A stretch of 64,000 bases of DNA, taken from the NCBI RefSeq assembly GCF_006345805.1, contig NC_043009.1, forward strand, positions 20,088,001-20,152,000, given 5' to 3'. Shown one piece after another: positions 12,414 to 24,242 of the stretch (the stretch's first letter is position 1; each line of letters begins with the position of its first letter). This DNA is from Octopus sinensis (Eukaryota). The translations under genes were made by a program, and so were the position numbers. The notes below the pieces were generated by a model. The model did not search any database, was not told where the DNA came from, and worked only from the letters and a program-made list of their open reading frames with translations.

Positions 12414-13464
12414 ACTTTCTTTTATTAGCCACACAGGGCTGAATACAGAGGGGACAAATACAAATGCAGAGCTTTTCTTTTCAAGGGTGGAAAAAAGGAA
12501 ATGAATGTAAGATTGCGATCAAAAGGGATCGAAAGGAAAAAAAAAAGAAAAAAAAAAGGAACCGTGTCTGTAGAGCTTATCCCGAACAGGTAATGCTTCT
12601 CGATAGCACTGCCAGGCCAGGGATCTTTGGTGATTGTTCATAGGTCCCAGCCCGAAAGTTGTATGAACAGGCGGGTCAGGTGTTCCTCGTCGACGCCCAG
12701 ACTCTGCCTGAGTTCGTCATCGCACCTCCCCTCCACTAATCCTCTATAGAATGCCTTTGTTGTGATGGAGTCGCTCAAGTTCGATCCCGGACGGCAGAGT
12801 TGCTTGAGAGCAACGCGACACTCGCGGTGCCATTCGCCTAGCCTCGGTCTCTACTTGATCCATGACTGTAGTTCGTCCAAGGAGACGAGCTGCGGGAAAG
12901 CGCGGCACACAAAAGGCGACCACACCTGTTCACCGTCGTCTATGAAGTGCCGGAGATGTCACAGTCTCAGCGCATGTCTGCACATCATCAACCACGGCAT
13001 GCCCAGCCCTCCATTTAGCGGGTGTTGACAGCAAATGGATCGCCTAACCATCGGAACGTTTCCCTTCCACAGGAAGCGGAAGAGTATACGTTCCAATTTG
13101 GTGATGGTAGGGTCGGGACAAGGCACGATGGTCAGACGATACTCGATGACGGATGCGATGTACGCGTTCGCCACCTCTGCCCGACCTTTTAGGGATAGCT
13201 TTCTCTCAGCCCATTTCTGGGTGAGAGTAGCCACCCTAGTCATTATCTCGCCCCAGTTCTTCTCCATTTGGAGGTCCGGACCGAACTAGACCCCGAGGAA
13301 TTTAACCGGTCCGTCCGTCCAGTGTCCCACGATGGAGACGCTGTTGGACGGCATGGGCCTGCTTCTCCAGGTGCCGAGCCGCAAGCCCACTGACTTTTCC
13401 GGGTTAATTTTTGCTCCCGTTACCGCTTCGTATTCTTTTAGTGTCTCGCCGACAGCTCGATGTG

Positions 13465-15555
13465 CTAGTAGCTCGACACTATGATGGTGACGTCATCCGC
13501 GTATGCAGACACGCTCCTCCCGCATCCCAGCTCTCGTGAGATGCCCCTCAGCGTCGCCAGTTTCCGCAGTAGTGGTTCAAGAGTCAATACATACAGCAGC
13601 AATGAGAGGAGGCATCCCTGACGAACCGAACGCATGATGTTAAAAGGTCTGGATAGATGACCATTTACACGAACTACTGAGCGGATGCCGCTGTATAAGG
13701 CAGCGATCCAACCGCGGAAAACTGGACCGAAACTAGCCGCTTTAAGGACAGCCTCCAAGTAGTGATGGTCTACCCTATTGAAAGCTTTTGATTGATCCAA
13801 ATTGATCAGCGCCCCACCCATGCCAGGATTCTTAACTACCCTGTCTATGATGTAGCGCATCAGATGGAGGTTGTCATGAATACTTCTACCCGGTACGGCA
13901 CATGTTTGCGCATTGTCAATTAGTTTCTTGATGACAAGCACCAACCTCTCAGCTAACACCTTGGCCAAAATTTTCAAATCTGCGTTGAGCAGAGTGATGG
14001 GCCTGAAATTATCTATGACATCCCCCTTGTTTGGGTCTTTCTTAATCAGTGCCACTGCTCCTCGCTTTACAAAAGCAGGAATACTCCCGTTTTGCTGCCA
14101 GTTGCAGTAGACAGCTGCCAAGACGCCTCCAAACAAGTCTGGCATATGACAATAAAGTTCGTAGGGCAGACCATCCAAGCCTGGTGACTTGTCTCTCGCG
14201 CAGCCCCCCATCGCATCCTGTACGTCCGCAGCTGTGATAGGCCTTTCACAAGACTCCACCTCTCTTGCTGAGAGTCGTGGCAAGGCATGAAGGTAGGCAC
14301 TAAAGTCCACTCTGCGTTCTGACCCACCACTTGTCCCAAACAGTTGGGTGAAGTGTTGTTGAAAAGCCCCACACATCCTTTTAGGCTCGAGCAATTCGCG
14401 CACCTGTTCATCTATAAGAGACTTGATGGTGGCTCTGTTGCCTCGTTGCGTCTCCACCACTCGGGCCTCTTGGGCGGCTCCAACTCCTTCGTTCCTCAGA
14501 GCACGCATCCTAGCTCTGACAACGCATCCCTCGTGTTTGGCGTTGAGGTGTTGGTCGAGGGCCAATCTCGCCACCAGCATGTTGGACGTGATGCCAGTTC
14601 TAAGTGCCTCTTCTAAAACCTTAACTAATTCTCCCTCTATTCTATTTTGGTCTAATGCTAGGGCTTTACTGTATCTGACTGATTCTGCTTTAATTGCTTT
14701 TTTTAGGGCATACCACCATCTGTTGTTGATGATGGTACCCGTCAAAGCTCTCTTAACTATTGTGCTGATCCGGTCCCTGTAAACCTGTCGTGCTGTAAAA
14801 GATGCATTCAGTTTCCAGTAACCAGGACCCTGCCTATGTGTCTTATCTAAGTCAAGTGTACAAGTCACAAACTTGTGATCTGTGTAACTGACTATATGAA
14901 ATTGTGGACAACCTACACTATTTTTATCTATTGTCCTACAGAATACTCTATCTAAGTATGATCTGGACGACCTGATGCGGTTACTCCATGTCCACATTGG
15001 CACATTCGGGTGGTCCACTCGGTACCTGTCAGACAGTTGGAAACGTCTGAGCAGGTCTTTGAGGCATTTGCATCCCCTTCTATTGCTATCTCTGCCCACG
15101 TAGTCTAGATGCGTGTCCAGGGTGGCATTCCAATCCCCCACTAAAAGTAAAGGACGAGACGTTCCCATGAAAGACTCTAGACGTCGAAAGAAATCTGGTC
15201 GGCCTGTTAAGGACGGAGCATAAACTGTTATCAGTCGAAAAGCACACTCATTGCTGCCATCGACATCCAAAACGACCAGTCTACCCTCCGGGTCTAGGAA
15301 AATTGCTCTTACTTTGAGATCCAGACTCTTCCGGAGAAGCACCGCGGTGCTACCTCCGCCCATTCTCGGTAGACACGGAGAAAAATAAATGTTGAAATGT
15401 GTACCGAAACTGTGCTGGAGTGCCCGCGAGCTGTGGAGTCTGGTCTCACTGATGGCTATGATATTCAGATTTAGTGACTTGATGTCATTTAACAGGTAGC
15501 CTTGTTTCCAAGGCGACCCCAAGCCACGTAAATTTATACTGCCTATTCTGAGCAT
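13465..15555 (-). pseudogene. ORF2 of copy 3: 696 aa open (endonuclease plus RT through YADD), then a stop and frameshift; decayed remainder to about 12560
   Basis: Motifs GSINLRGL, SETR, GDWN, SYLDRVF, SYTDHK, KSPGLDGLPYE, FRPITLLN, DQSKAFNRV, RQGCLLS and YADD. Confidence 0.92.
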
Positions 15556-15620
15556 GTTCCGATAAAAATTGTTTTACACACGAAAAGAAAGTGCAAAAAA
15601 GGAAAGAGAGAGAGAAAAGG

Positions 15621-17685
15621 TTACTTGTTGTTCGAAAGTCCTTTGTTTTTCACCTCACAGTCTTCTTCCATGAGGTTTTTATATAGTTTCTTTGATGAAT
15701 ATTTTTGAAATCTCCCTACTGCATCAGGGTAAAGAGATTTCAGGGTGCTGTATGTGTTCTGTGTTACGTGTATTATTTTAATGTGTTGTGGTGGTGTTGT
15801 GCGTGGGTGGTTATTTGTTTTTATGTCGTTTTCAGTTATGTTGGTGTTTGACCTAATGTGTTCCATTAGGTCGTGGTTGTTTGTGTTTATGGCTGTCAAC
15901 ATTGTTGGGGGGTTTGATGATGGTGTGTTTGTGTTGATGTGTTTGTTTTCTGTGGATGTTTTTGTTTCGGGAGTGGTGAATCTTCCTGCTTTGTTTGTTA
16001 TCTTTTTTTTTCTTTTTTTTCCCCTTTTTCTTCTCCCCCCTGTGGCTATTTGCTAATCTTCTGTGTCTTCTTCGTCTAATGACAAATCAGAGGAATCAGA
16101 GCTTGGGAGAGGGAAAATATTGGGGTCTATTGTAGACTGTGTTGATTTTGTTGTTGGTGTTGGTTGGTGAGCGTTAGGTTGTGGTGTATGCGGTTTTGGA
16201 GGTGGGGTGTGGGTATTTTGTGTTTGAGTGATTGTAGGTATTGTTGTGTTGTTTGGGGTGTCAATTTTGTGGGGATTTGGAGTAGTAATTGTTTCTTCAT
16301 TTTCGATGAGTGTCTTTTTGGCAGATGTCCTTGGTTTGGGAGTTGGTTTATTCTTGGTTGTTGTTGTTGTTGGTGTTGCTTCTGTTCTTGGTGCAGTTGG
16401 TGTGGTTGTTTGGTTGGTGAGGTTTTTTTTTTTTTGATTTTCTGTGATTAGTCCTGTTTGTACCAATTGTGGTCTTCTGATACACATATCTGGGTGGGTA
16501 TTTTTTTTTATGTCATCTTGGTTTATATGTAGTAGAAATTCTACTTTTTTTCCCACCCAGTTTTTGTGTTCCGTGACCGTAGTTTCTAAAATTGTGAAAT
16601 CTTCCATTTTCACACATAAGGCCTTTACTAGCCATAGATTGTTCGCTATTTTTGGGACATTGTTTAAAGTGATCTTAGTCACTTTCTGTCCACGATAGCT
16701 TGGAGTTAATTGCAGTTCATCTGAATGAAGAGTTAGCGTTGAGAAACGTTTTGCTAACTCTTCAGTGTGGAAGACCACTTGTATGTGTGCGAACTTGTTC
16801 CACCAGGTCACATACTCTTTGTAGTTCCAGATGGGTTTCAAGCATTTTTCGATTTTGCTTGTTAGCCTTCTCTGGACTTTTTGTTTTCTTATTAATTATT
16901 TTGTATAGTTCTTTTTTTTTCATTGTCTAATATTTCTTGTGGTATGTTTATTTTTACAATACCATCTACTTCCGTTATTAAAATTTTTGTATCTTTTATC
17001 TGCTGTGCAGTAAAATATACTGTTGTCTTTTTCTCTTTTATTGCCTCGGCAAAATTTGTTGTTGTTTTGTTATTGTTGTTGCTGGTGGTGATGTTGTTGT
17101 TGGCTGCAGTTGGTAAAATCGGTGTATTTGGTTTGATTGTGCAAGTAGGAAGGGGTGGGAAATTACTTGCATAGTTTGTTCCTGTGTTCGAGCAGCTTTT
17201 GTCAATTTGTTTGGTGGTCACAGTCTTTTGTTTATTCCCTTCAGTTCTTGGTGTTGGAGTAAACAAGGTCTGAACGGAATTGTTGTTGTTGTTATTGTTG
17301 TTTTTGTTGTTGGTGTTGGCAGTGGTGTCAGTGGCAGAAGAGACAGCCGTGGCAGCAGATGTCGAAATGGTGGCGCAATTATTGTTATTCTTGTTGTCAT
17401 TGTTATTGTTGTTGTTGTTGGTAGTTGAGGTAGTGGATGAGGTGGCGGTGGTGGTGGTGGTGGTGGAGGCAGTGGTGGTAGCAGTAGTAGTCCCGTTGTT
17501 GTTGTTGTTAGTGGTGGTGGTGACAGTGCTGTTATTGCAAATGGTTGCAGCGTTCATTCCACCGATATTCATGTTTGCACTTTGCATGCATGAGTTCTTT
17601 TTTCTTCTCCTAGCGTTTCCAGACTAGGAAAATGCTGGTCGATAAAGGAACACGACCAGCGTTCTACAATACAATTTCTCGACAT
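15621..17685 (-). pseudogene. ORF1 of copy 3, several frameshifts
   Basis: Starts MSRNCIVERWS (copy 1: MSKNFIVERWS); Thr/Asn tract; NFAEAIKEKK; RRM-like region; conserved C-terminal block at 15621-15902. Confidence 0.85.
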
Positions 17686-17883
17686 TTTGAAAATGTCGAG
17701 AAGAAAATTACACAAATTAAATAGGGTTGAAACTGCCCCTAGGGGCGAATTCCTCCCTTGGAAAAGCACTCAAACGAAAGTTGGGTGCCTTACACACCTT
17801 ATTTACAAAAATGTACACAAAATATGGTCTATAAATAGTCAAAATAAACAATTACCTTCGGAGCCGAAGTGACAGCACGTCCG

Positions 17884-17884
<1 letters not shown>

Positions 17885-17952
<68 letters not shown>
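17885..17952 (+). repeat. (AGAT)17 at the 5' junction of copy 3
   Basis: Directly visible. Confidence 0.95.
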
Positions 17953-17953
<1 letters not shown>

Positions 17954-18555
17954 TAGATATAGATATTTAGAGAGAAACAGAGACAGAGGTATGTGTGTGT
18001 ATTTATGTATATATGTATGCATCATCATCATCATCATCATCATCATTTAACATCCATTTTCCATGCTGGCATGGGTAAAATGGTCTGACTGGACCTGGTA
18101 AGCTGGAGAGCTGCACCAGGTTCCCATCAGTTTTGAGTTGGTTTCTATGGTTGGATGCCCTTCCTAACGCCAACCACTCCACCTCCACAGAGTGTACTGG
18201 GTACCTCTTATGTGCCACTGGCACACATGCCTTTTACATGTCACTAACCTCGACTATGATTTCACCACCTCATCCCATGTCTTCCTGGGTCTACACCTTC
18301 CACAGGTTCCCTCCACAGTTAGAGATCAGTACTTCCTTACACAGCTATCTTTGTCCAGATGCATCACATGGCTACACCAGCACAGTCTCCTCTCTTCAAC
18401 ACCACATCTGATGCCTCTTGTACCCAGTTTTTCTCTCAAAACACCCACACACCGTCATACATGAGCACTGACAGGGCACATCCAATGGAGCATAGGAGCC
18501 TCATTTCTTTCAAGTCTTCCCATGTCCTCTTCAAACACAACCTGTCTTTTATATA

Positions 18556-18630
<75 letters not shown>

Positions 18631-18677
18631 AAACGTGAAAATCTTTATATAAATATCCTGCACAGAGAGTCGTTCGT

Positions 18678-18756
18678 CGAAGGGCGGTGCCTACCATACG
18701 TTGACGAGAGGCAAACACCTCGAAACCTGGGTCCGTATGTGGCTTCCGCTTCTTCG
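18678..18756 (+). ncRNA. Type I hammerhead ribozyme, copy 1 (predicted cleavage after C18733)
   Basis: Helix I CATACG/CGTATG extended by GCC/GGC, GCGG/CCGC and CGAAG/CTTCG; core TTGACGA (18701-18707); helix II GAGG-caaaca-CCTC; GAAA; short helix III ACC-tg-GGT; GUC triplet. Position 3 is U rather than the canonical C. Confidence 0.8.
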
Positions 18757-19035
18757 GTGGATGATCTCCCTTTGCGGGATAGAGGACGCCGTGATGGTGT
18801 CAAGCCTTTCTGGTGACGTTGATGTTCGCCTGGGGCTAAATGCAACAGTAACACCCCCACCGCCCTGCCCTGTCCCTAGCCACATTCAAATGGCTAATGT
18901 CCCTTTTGTTATGGAGCAGTTACTGTCTATATCTCGTTTAGAGAATTATTATTGCTGTCGAACAGATTTTCGAAATCAGTAAATGTATTTACGTGAAAAT
19001 CTTTATATAAATATCCTGCACAGAGAGTCGTTCGT

Positions 19036-19114
19036 CGAAGGGCGGTGCCTACCATACGTTGATGAGAGGCAAACACCTCGAAACCTGGGTCCGTATGTGG
19101 CTTCCGCTTCTTCG
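19036..19114 (+). ncRNA. Type I hammerhead ribozyme, copy 2 (predicted cleavage after C19091)
   Basis: Identical to copy 1 except core TTGATGA (19059-19065); the difference falls at the freely variable N7 position. Confidence 0.8.
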
Positions 19115-19266
19115 GTGGATGATCTCCCTTTGCGGGATAGAGGACGCCGTGATGGTGTCAAGCCTTTCTGGTGACGTTGATGTTTGCCTGGGGCTAAATG
19201 CAACAGTAACACCCCCACCGCCCTGCCCTGTCCCTAGCCACATTCAAATGGCTAATGTCCCTTTTG

Positions 19267-19325
<59 letters not shown>

Positions 19326-19613
19326 AGAATTTTGTATGTAATTATAGGTCTATATATATATATATATATTTATATATGTATGAGTAAATGGATGGTTATG
19401 TGTATATGTACTTCTATGGGTGTGTTAAGTGTGCAACACACTCCGAACAATCACAGTGACCCTGGAATAATTGTTCTATTTATTATATTTACGACTGATA
19501 AATTTTTATGAAGTTAATTTACAATTTGATTCAACTTTATATGAAAATTCATAACTTCAGGTGAGTTAATAATCAATGTAAACCATACGATACTGTTTAA
19601 CAGAGAGACGTGT

Positions 19614-19875
19614 AGTAGTAGTGGTGGTGGTGGCGGTGGTGGCGGCGGCGGCGGTGGCGGTAGTTGTGGCGGCGGTGGTGGGGGTGCTTGTAGTAGTAGT
19701 AGTAGAGGTGGTGGTGGTGCTGGTGGTGACGGTGGTGGTGGTGGTAGTAGTAGTAGATTGGGAGGTGGTGGTGACAGTGATAGTAGTGGTGGAGGTGGTA
19801 GCAGTGGTGGTTGAATGTGAGGTAAGGAGGCAGAACTAAAGGTGTGTAGTGACATAGAGAGAGAGAGAGAGAGGG
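19614..19875 (+). repeat. Compound microsatellite (AGT/GGT/GGC)n followed by (AG)n
   Basis: Directly visible; source of the spurious poly-Pro/His/Val ORFs. Confidence 0.9.
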
Positions 19876-20403
19876 AGAGAGACAGAGAGCAGTGACAGCA
19901 TAGGAGCTTCTGTGTGGCAACTCAGTATGCTAGAAATAACAGCATAATCTCTCCTCATCTACCCCCAAATTAAGATCTGTTTTTCTTAAAGTAGAAAATT
20001 ACATTGGGTTCATTATATCTGAAAAATAGAACGATTGTAACTGAAATGAATTTTCAATTAGGGTGCTTCTGTTCCAGCCCTGCAATCTACTAGAAATAAC
20101 AGCCAAATTTCCTTCCATTCTCACTTTCTTATTCTAAAAATGAAAGAATCTTTAAATAATGTAGTCCTAGATACATTGTAGAATGATCAGAACTGGGCAT
20201 ATTTCATCGTTGGTTCCTGGATCAGGTTTGTCTTAGAACTAAGACAAACAGCAACAACAACTAAAGGCTCTGATACTAACTACCATACCAGACATTGGAT
20301 AATGTAGTCCGAGATACACTGTGTCTGATTGAAGAAACCGCATAGTTTCAGGTCCTACACCTTTCATTATAGGTCTACTGGGTAAGACCTGACCTTGGAC
20401 TAA

Positions 20404-20580
20404 ACAACAGCTGCAGCTGCAGCAACAACAACAACAACAACAACAGCAGCAGCAGCAGTAACAACAATGACGACGACATTGTCAGCAACAGCAGCAACCA
20501 CCACCGCCACCACCACCACCACCACCACCACCGCCACCACCACCGCCACCACCACCACCACCGCTGCCGCCGCCGCCAGC
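20404..20580 (+). repeat. Compound (ACA/GCA/CCA/CCG)n microsatellite
   Basis: Directly visible. Confidence 0.9.
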
Positions 20581-20934
20581 AGTTTATATTCCGTTGACAA
20601 TAAAAAAACTGTTTCTCATTTATAAAAGTTTGTGTTTGCCATTCTCTGATGAAATATTATCAAAAGTTTTACACCTTTTAAACAATATTTATGAAGCTAA
20701 TGGTTGTGTGTTGAAGGCCATAACACCTGGCTCTGTCCACCACAAGGCCACATCGTCTTCACACAAACACATCACCATTGTTGTCCTCACAGTAAATCAA
20801 CTTGTCAGACTCTCTTCATGTTTACTTTGGTAGTATTTTATTGATTTATTTTGTTTATTTTATGTAAGCAATATTATGATTGGTTATAGATTTTCAACCA
20901 ACCAATGACTGGTTCATTATGTTTCTAATGAGAA

Positions 20935-20979
<45 letters not shown>

Positions 20980-23239
20980 GAGAAAGTGTGTGTGTGTGTC
21001 TGTGTGTCACAATAGTCGAATAAACAGCTTGAGATATTGTAGTTCATTACAACAATTCATTGGGAATTCACAGATACACACGTACATACACACACACACA
21101 TCATTATCATCGTCGTCGTCGTCGTCGTCGTCATCATCACCACCACCACCATCACCATCACCATCATCATCATCGGTTTACATCCTCTTTTCCTTGCTGG
21201 CAGGAGTTAGACAGGCTGCTGTGATCTGAGTCAGTTGCTATTGGGAGCCACTGCCCTCAGAGACTGCTGCTTGCATGTTTTACTTTTGGTTTGGCTTCTG
21301 CGGTCGGATGCCTTTCCTGCCACCAACCCCTTTATAGAGTGGATTATTTATGTGTGTGTGTGTAAGTATAACATCCTTCCCCTCCCTCCCTCTCCTCCTC
21401 CTCATCATCATCATCATTATCATCATCATCATTTAATGTCTATGTTCCATATTGGCATAGGCAGGATAGTTTGAGAGGATTCAAAAGGCCTAAGGACTGC
21501 AATGTGCTCCAATGTTTGCCTTGGCTTTGCTTCTATGGTTGGATCCCCTCCCTAATGCCAACCATTTGGCGCCAGCACAAAAGAGGTTGGACAGTCTTCA
21601 ACAAGAAACGACTAAAGGACCTTACAATCTGAACGCATTCACTTTTTATTTGTCAATCATTTTACAGTGTCCTCAGCACTTTAGTCAGGGCACCAGTATT
21701 AGTGAGCCTCCCCAAACAGCTGAGTAGGGCCGTATATGTGTGTGTGTGTGTGTGTGTAAGCTTCTGCACATGCATCATATTATCATATGAGTAATCAATC
21801 ACATGGCATCGGTTGGTACCCTGCAGTAAAATTGAACTCAGAAACCTTCGGTTCAAATGCAAACTTTTGAGCCACACTGCCAAGCCAGAACCACATTATT
21901 TTTTGGCACAAGAATGTGATGGAGGTCAGAATTGATTTATTGCCAGATAACACGATGCCATTGGCCATCTAATTACATTCCTTTACATTCTGAGTTCCAG
22001 TCCTACCAAGCTCCCCTTTGTCCCTCACATTCCAGGGTTACTGGAATGAAGACTTACTCAACTTAATCTCTTCCAACCAAAATGTCAAACATTTAAATCT
22101 TTCTTTTATCAATAAATATTAAAATGTTTCCATGTCCATTTACATTCTGATTTATCGACACCCTATTATACAAAAACCCTTTGACTCCCAACCTATTTAT
22201 AACCCTTCCTCCTAGTTATATATAATCAATTATAATTTGTCATCATAATTTTCTATAAAAGTATTTCGTTAATTTAGACCAAATTAATAACAATAAAGTT
22301 TATCATTTCAGTAAATCCCATTCAATTATTGATTTCACAATTGAGACTCAGAGACTTCAATTTCATTTGAGATGAAAGCATGAAAGAGTTAATGTGAGTC
22401 TTGTTATTTCGTTAAATTATTCATTTTGTGACATTTATCTCTATTAAATCTGCTTTTCTGATGGAATACTAATGTTCCATTTAGTGACTTCTCACTGACA
22501 ACATTAGCAAGAGCTGAACGTTTGCATCTTTGAAGAGTCTCATAATATATTTATGGCAGTAATTTCTCTGTTGTTAATATTGTAACAACTCTTGCTTATG
22601 TTTTGTAATGGGTCTCTAGGTTAACATTTGGCACCTGATCTTGTTTAACTGGTTTCATCTAGTTTTCTGTGAAGAAGATGAGAAACAAATATCTCCCGGG
22701 ATATGCTACCAGTCTGTCAAAGTTAACTCTTTCTTATTGACTTGGGATATATTCTTTTCTTCACGTGCACACACACACACATATATACAAATATATCTAT
22801 ACTAATCTTTCACATATAAGTGTGCATGCATGTCCGTGTGTGTGAGTGTGTACCACATTGGTCAAGTGTCTTCCATGATAGCCTCAAGTTGGGAGTGAAG
22901 TCTAGTTAGTGGTAACAGTGGAAATCCCATGGAGTGGTCACTTTTGTTCCTGGATGATAGAGACTTGATCCATCCATCGAGTTAACACAGCCAATCAGCC
23001 AATAGCTACCTTTACTGATGTCCATTCAGTTGCCAGGACTCTGGTCAAGGTCTTTGGTCTATCAAATACTTCCCCTCTTCTTCACCCTTGTCTTTGAGAT
23101 ATTCAACTCTACCTCTCCATCTCACAGTAAACCATAACATATGTATGTATGTGTGGCTTAGTAATAATGAGAGCAAAAAAGAAGGAAAAGAGAGAAAAGG
23201 AGAGGGAAAGATGGAGTTCAGAAAAAATGACAATTTTTG

Positions 23240-23520
23240 CTATCAAATTTTGAGATTAATGACCCAAACTTCATTTGTTAATCTTTGAATTTTCCAAAAT
23301 TTTCTCTTCAAGAATAGTTAACAAATATAGTTGTTGTCGTTAGTCTATTTTGACATTTGGAATCAAAGAAGTCCAATGATTAAGATCTAATAGAATTCTC
23401 TGATAGAATTCCAAAGTATCTCTCACCAATCTCTTCCAATATTGGAATAACCATTATTTACCAAAGACATTAAATATTAATGAAATACAAGGAATTCTTT
23501 AATGTTTTTAATTGCAGACT
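23240..23520 (-). mobile_element. Possible old L1-like RT relic
   Basis: Broken minus-strand translation (...KI.*..TTTIFVNYS.RENFGKFKD.QMKFG) resembles the region just after the YADD motif; heavily decayed. Confidence 0.3.
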
Positions 23521-24046
23521 TTATTAGTTTCAGTTTTTCAAAATTTTTCTCCTGATAATGTCAGAGCAATTATTTTGCAGGTGAATTTCAGGTGTGTCTA
23601 GTTATTTTGCAATCACCACACTTTACAAACAGTTATTCTAATGAAGCAGCCTCAAGGGTCACTTGACATGCTAGAAATAATAGCCAAATCACCATTGCAT
23701 AGGTAATGCAGGACTGAGATTCCCTGAACATAGTATAAAGGTAAAGTGGTTAAGACTGGAATGTCTGCCTCACCAGGGATGATCTGGGGCCAAACATCAA
23801 CCTTTTTATCATTCCATTTTTCTTAAAACCAAAAAAATAATTTTCTCGTTAATTCTTTAATGAGATTTTTATATTTCACTTTGATATAATTTTTAGATTT
23901 AATACAAAACTGAAGCAGAACTTCCCGGCATAAAACAAAACCCAGAATTGAAGGGCTTTAAGCGAAACTTTTAGACAGGACCTTTATAGTATCAAGGAAA
24001 CGGTTGGGCTCTGTTTGCACCATCATCATCATCATCATCATCACTC

Positions 24047-24242
24047 TGAGCAAAATGCTTAGCAGCATTTCATCCGTCTATACGTTCTGAGTTCAAATTC
24101 CCTCGAGGTCGTCTTTGCTTTTCATCCTTTTGGGGTCAATGAAATAAACACCAGTTGAGTGCTGGGGTCAATGTAATCAACTATCCCTATCCCCCAAATT
24201 TCAGGCCTTGTGCCCTTAGTAGAAAGAATTATTATTATTATT
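24047..24242 (+). mobile_element. tRNA-derived SINE, (ATT)n-tail subfamily
   Basis: B-box GAGTTCAAATTCC; central CCTTT...ATAAAC/GTACCAG segment; tail ...tttcaggccttgtgcc..tagtagaaag(att)n. Relatives at 42265-42490, 42495-42710, 49919-50131, 55260-55600 and 61270-61400. Confidence 0.75.

Larger units (their letters stand above)
12414..17884 (-). mobile_element. Tx1/L1-clade copy 3, both ends present, internal deletion of about 640 bp near the 3' end
   Basis: 3' end matches 3558-3710 and 5' end matches 3345-3542. At 12560 the 3'UTR joins ORF2 sequence equivalent to about 4349 of copy 2. Confidence 0.94.
18633..19270 (+). mobile_element. Tandem 358-bp unit (about 1.8 copies) flanked by (TA)n; retrozyme or non-autonomous Penelope-like repeat
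   Basis: 18633-18912 repeats at 18991-19270 with two C>T differences at CpG sites; each copy contains a hammerhead fold; (TA)n on both flanks. Confidence 0.75.

Noticed and set aside
130-17627. Many plus-strand ORFs of 60-200 aa over the retrotransposons
   Set aside because: They are antisense shadows of Tx1 ORF1/ORF2, often Val/Leu-rich from the Thr/Asn tracts.
18633-19270. CRISPR-like or assembly-artefact reading of the tandem repeat
   Set aside because: The context is eukaryotic, there is no repeat-spacer pattern, and the copies differ at two CpG sites, so they are not an exact duplicate.
18645-19511. ORFs on both strands of the 358-bp repeat
   Set aside because: No recognisable RT or GIY-YIG motif; GC-richness explains the open frames, and RNA structure explains the sequence better.
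19514-21474. Long poly-Pro/His/Val/Ala/Ser ORFs
   Set aside because: They are translations of trinucleotide microsatellites with no non-repetitive coding signal.
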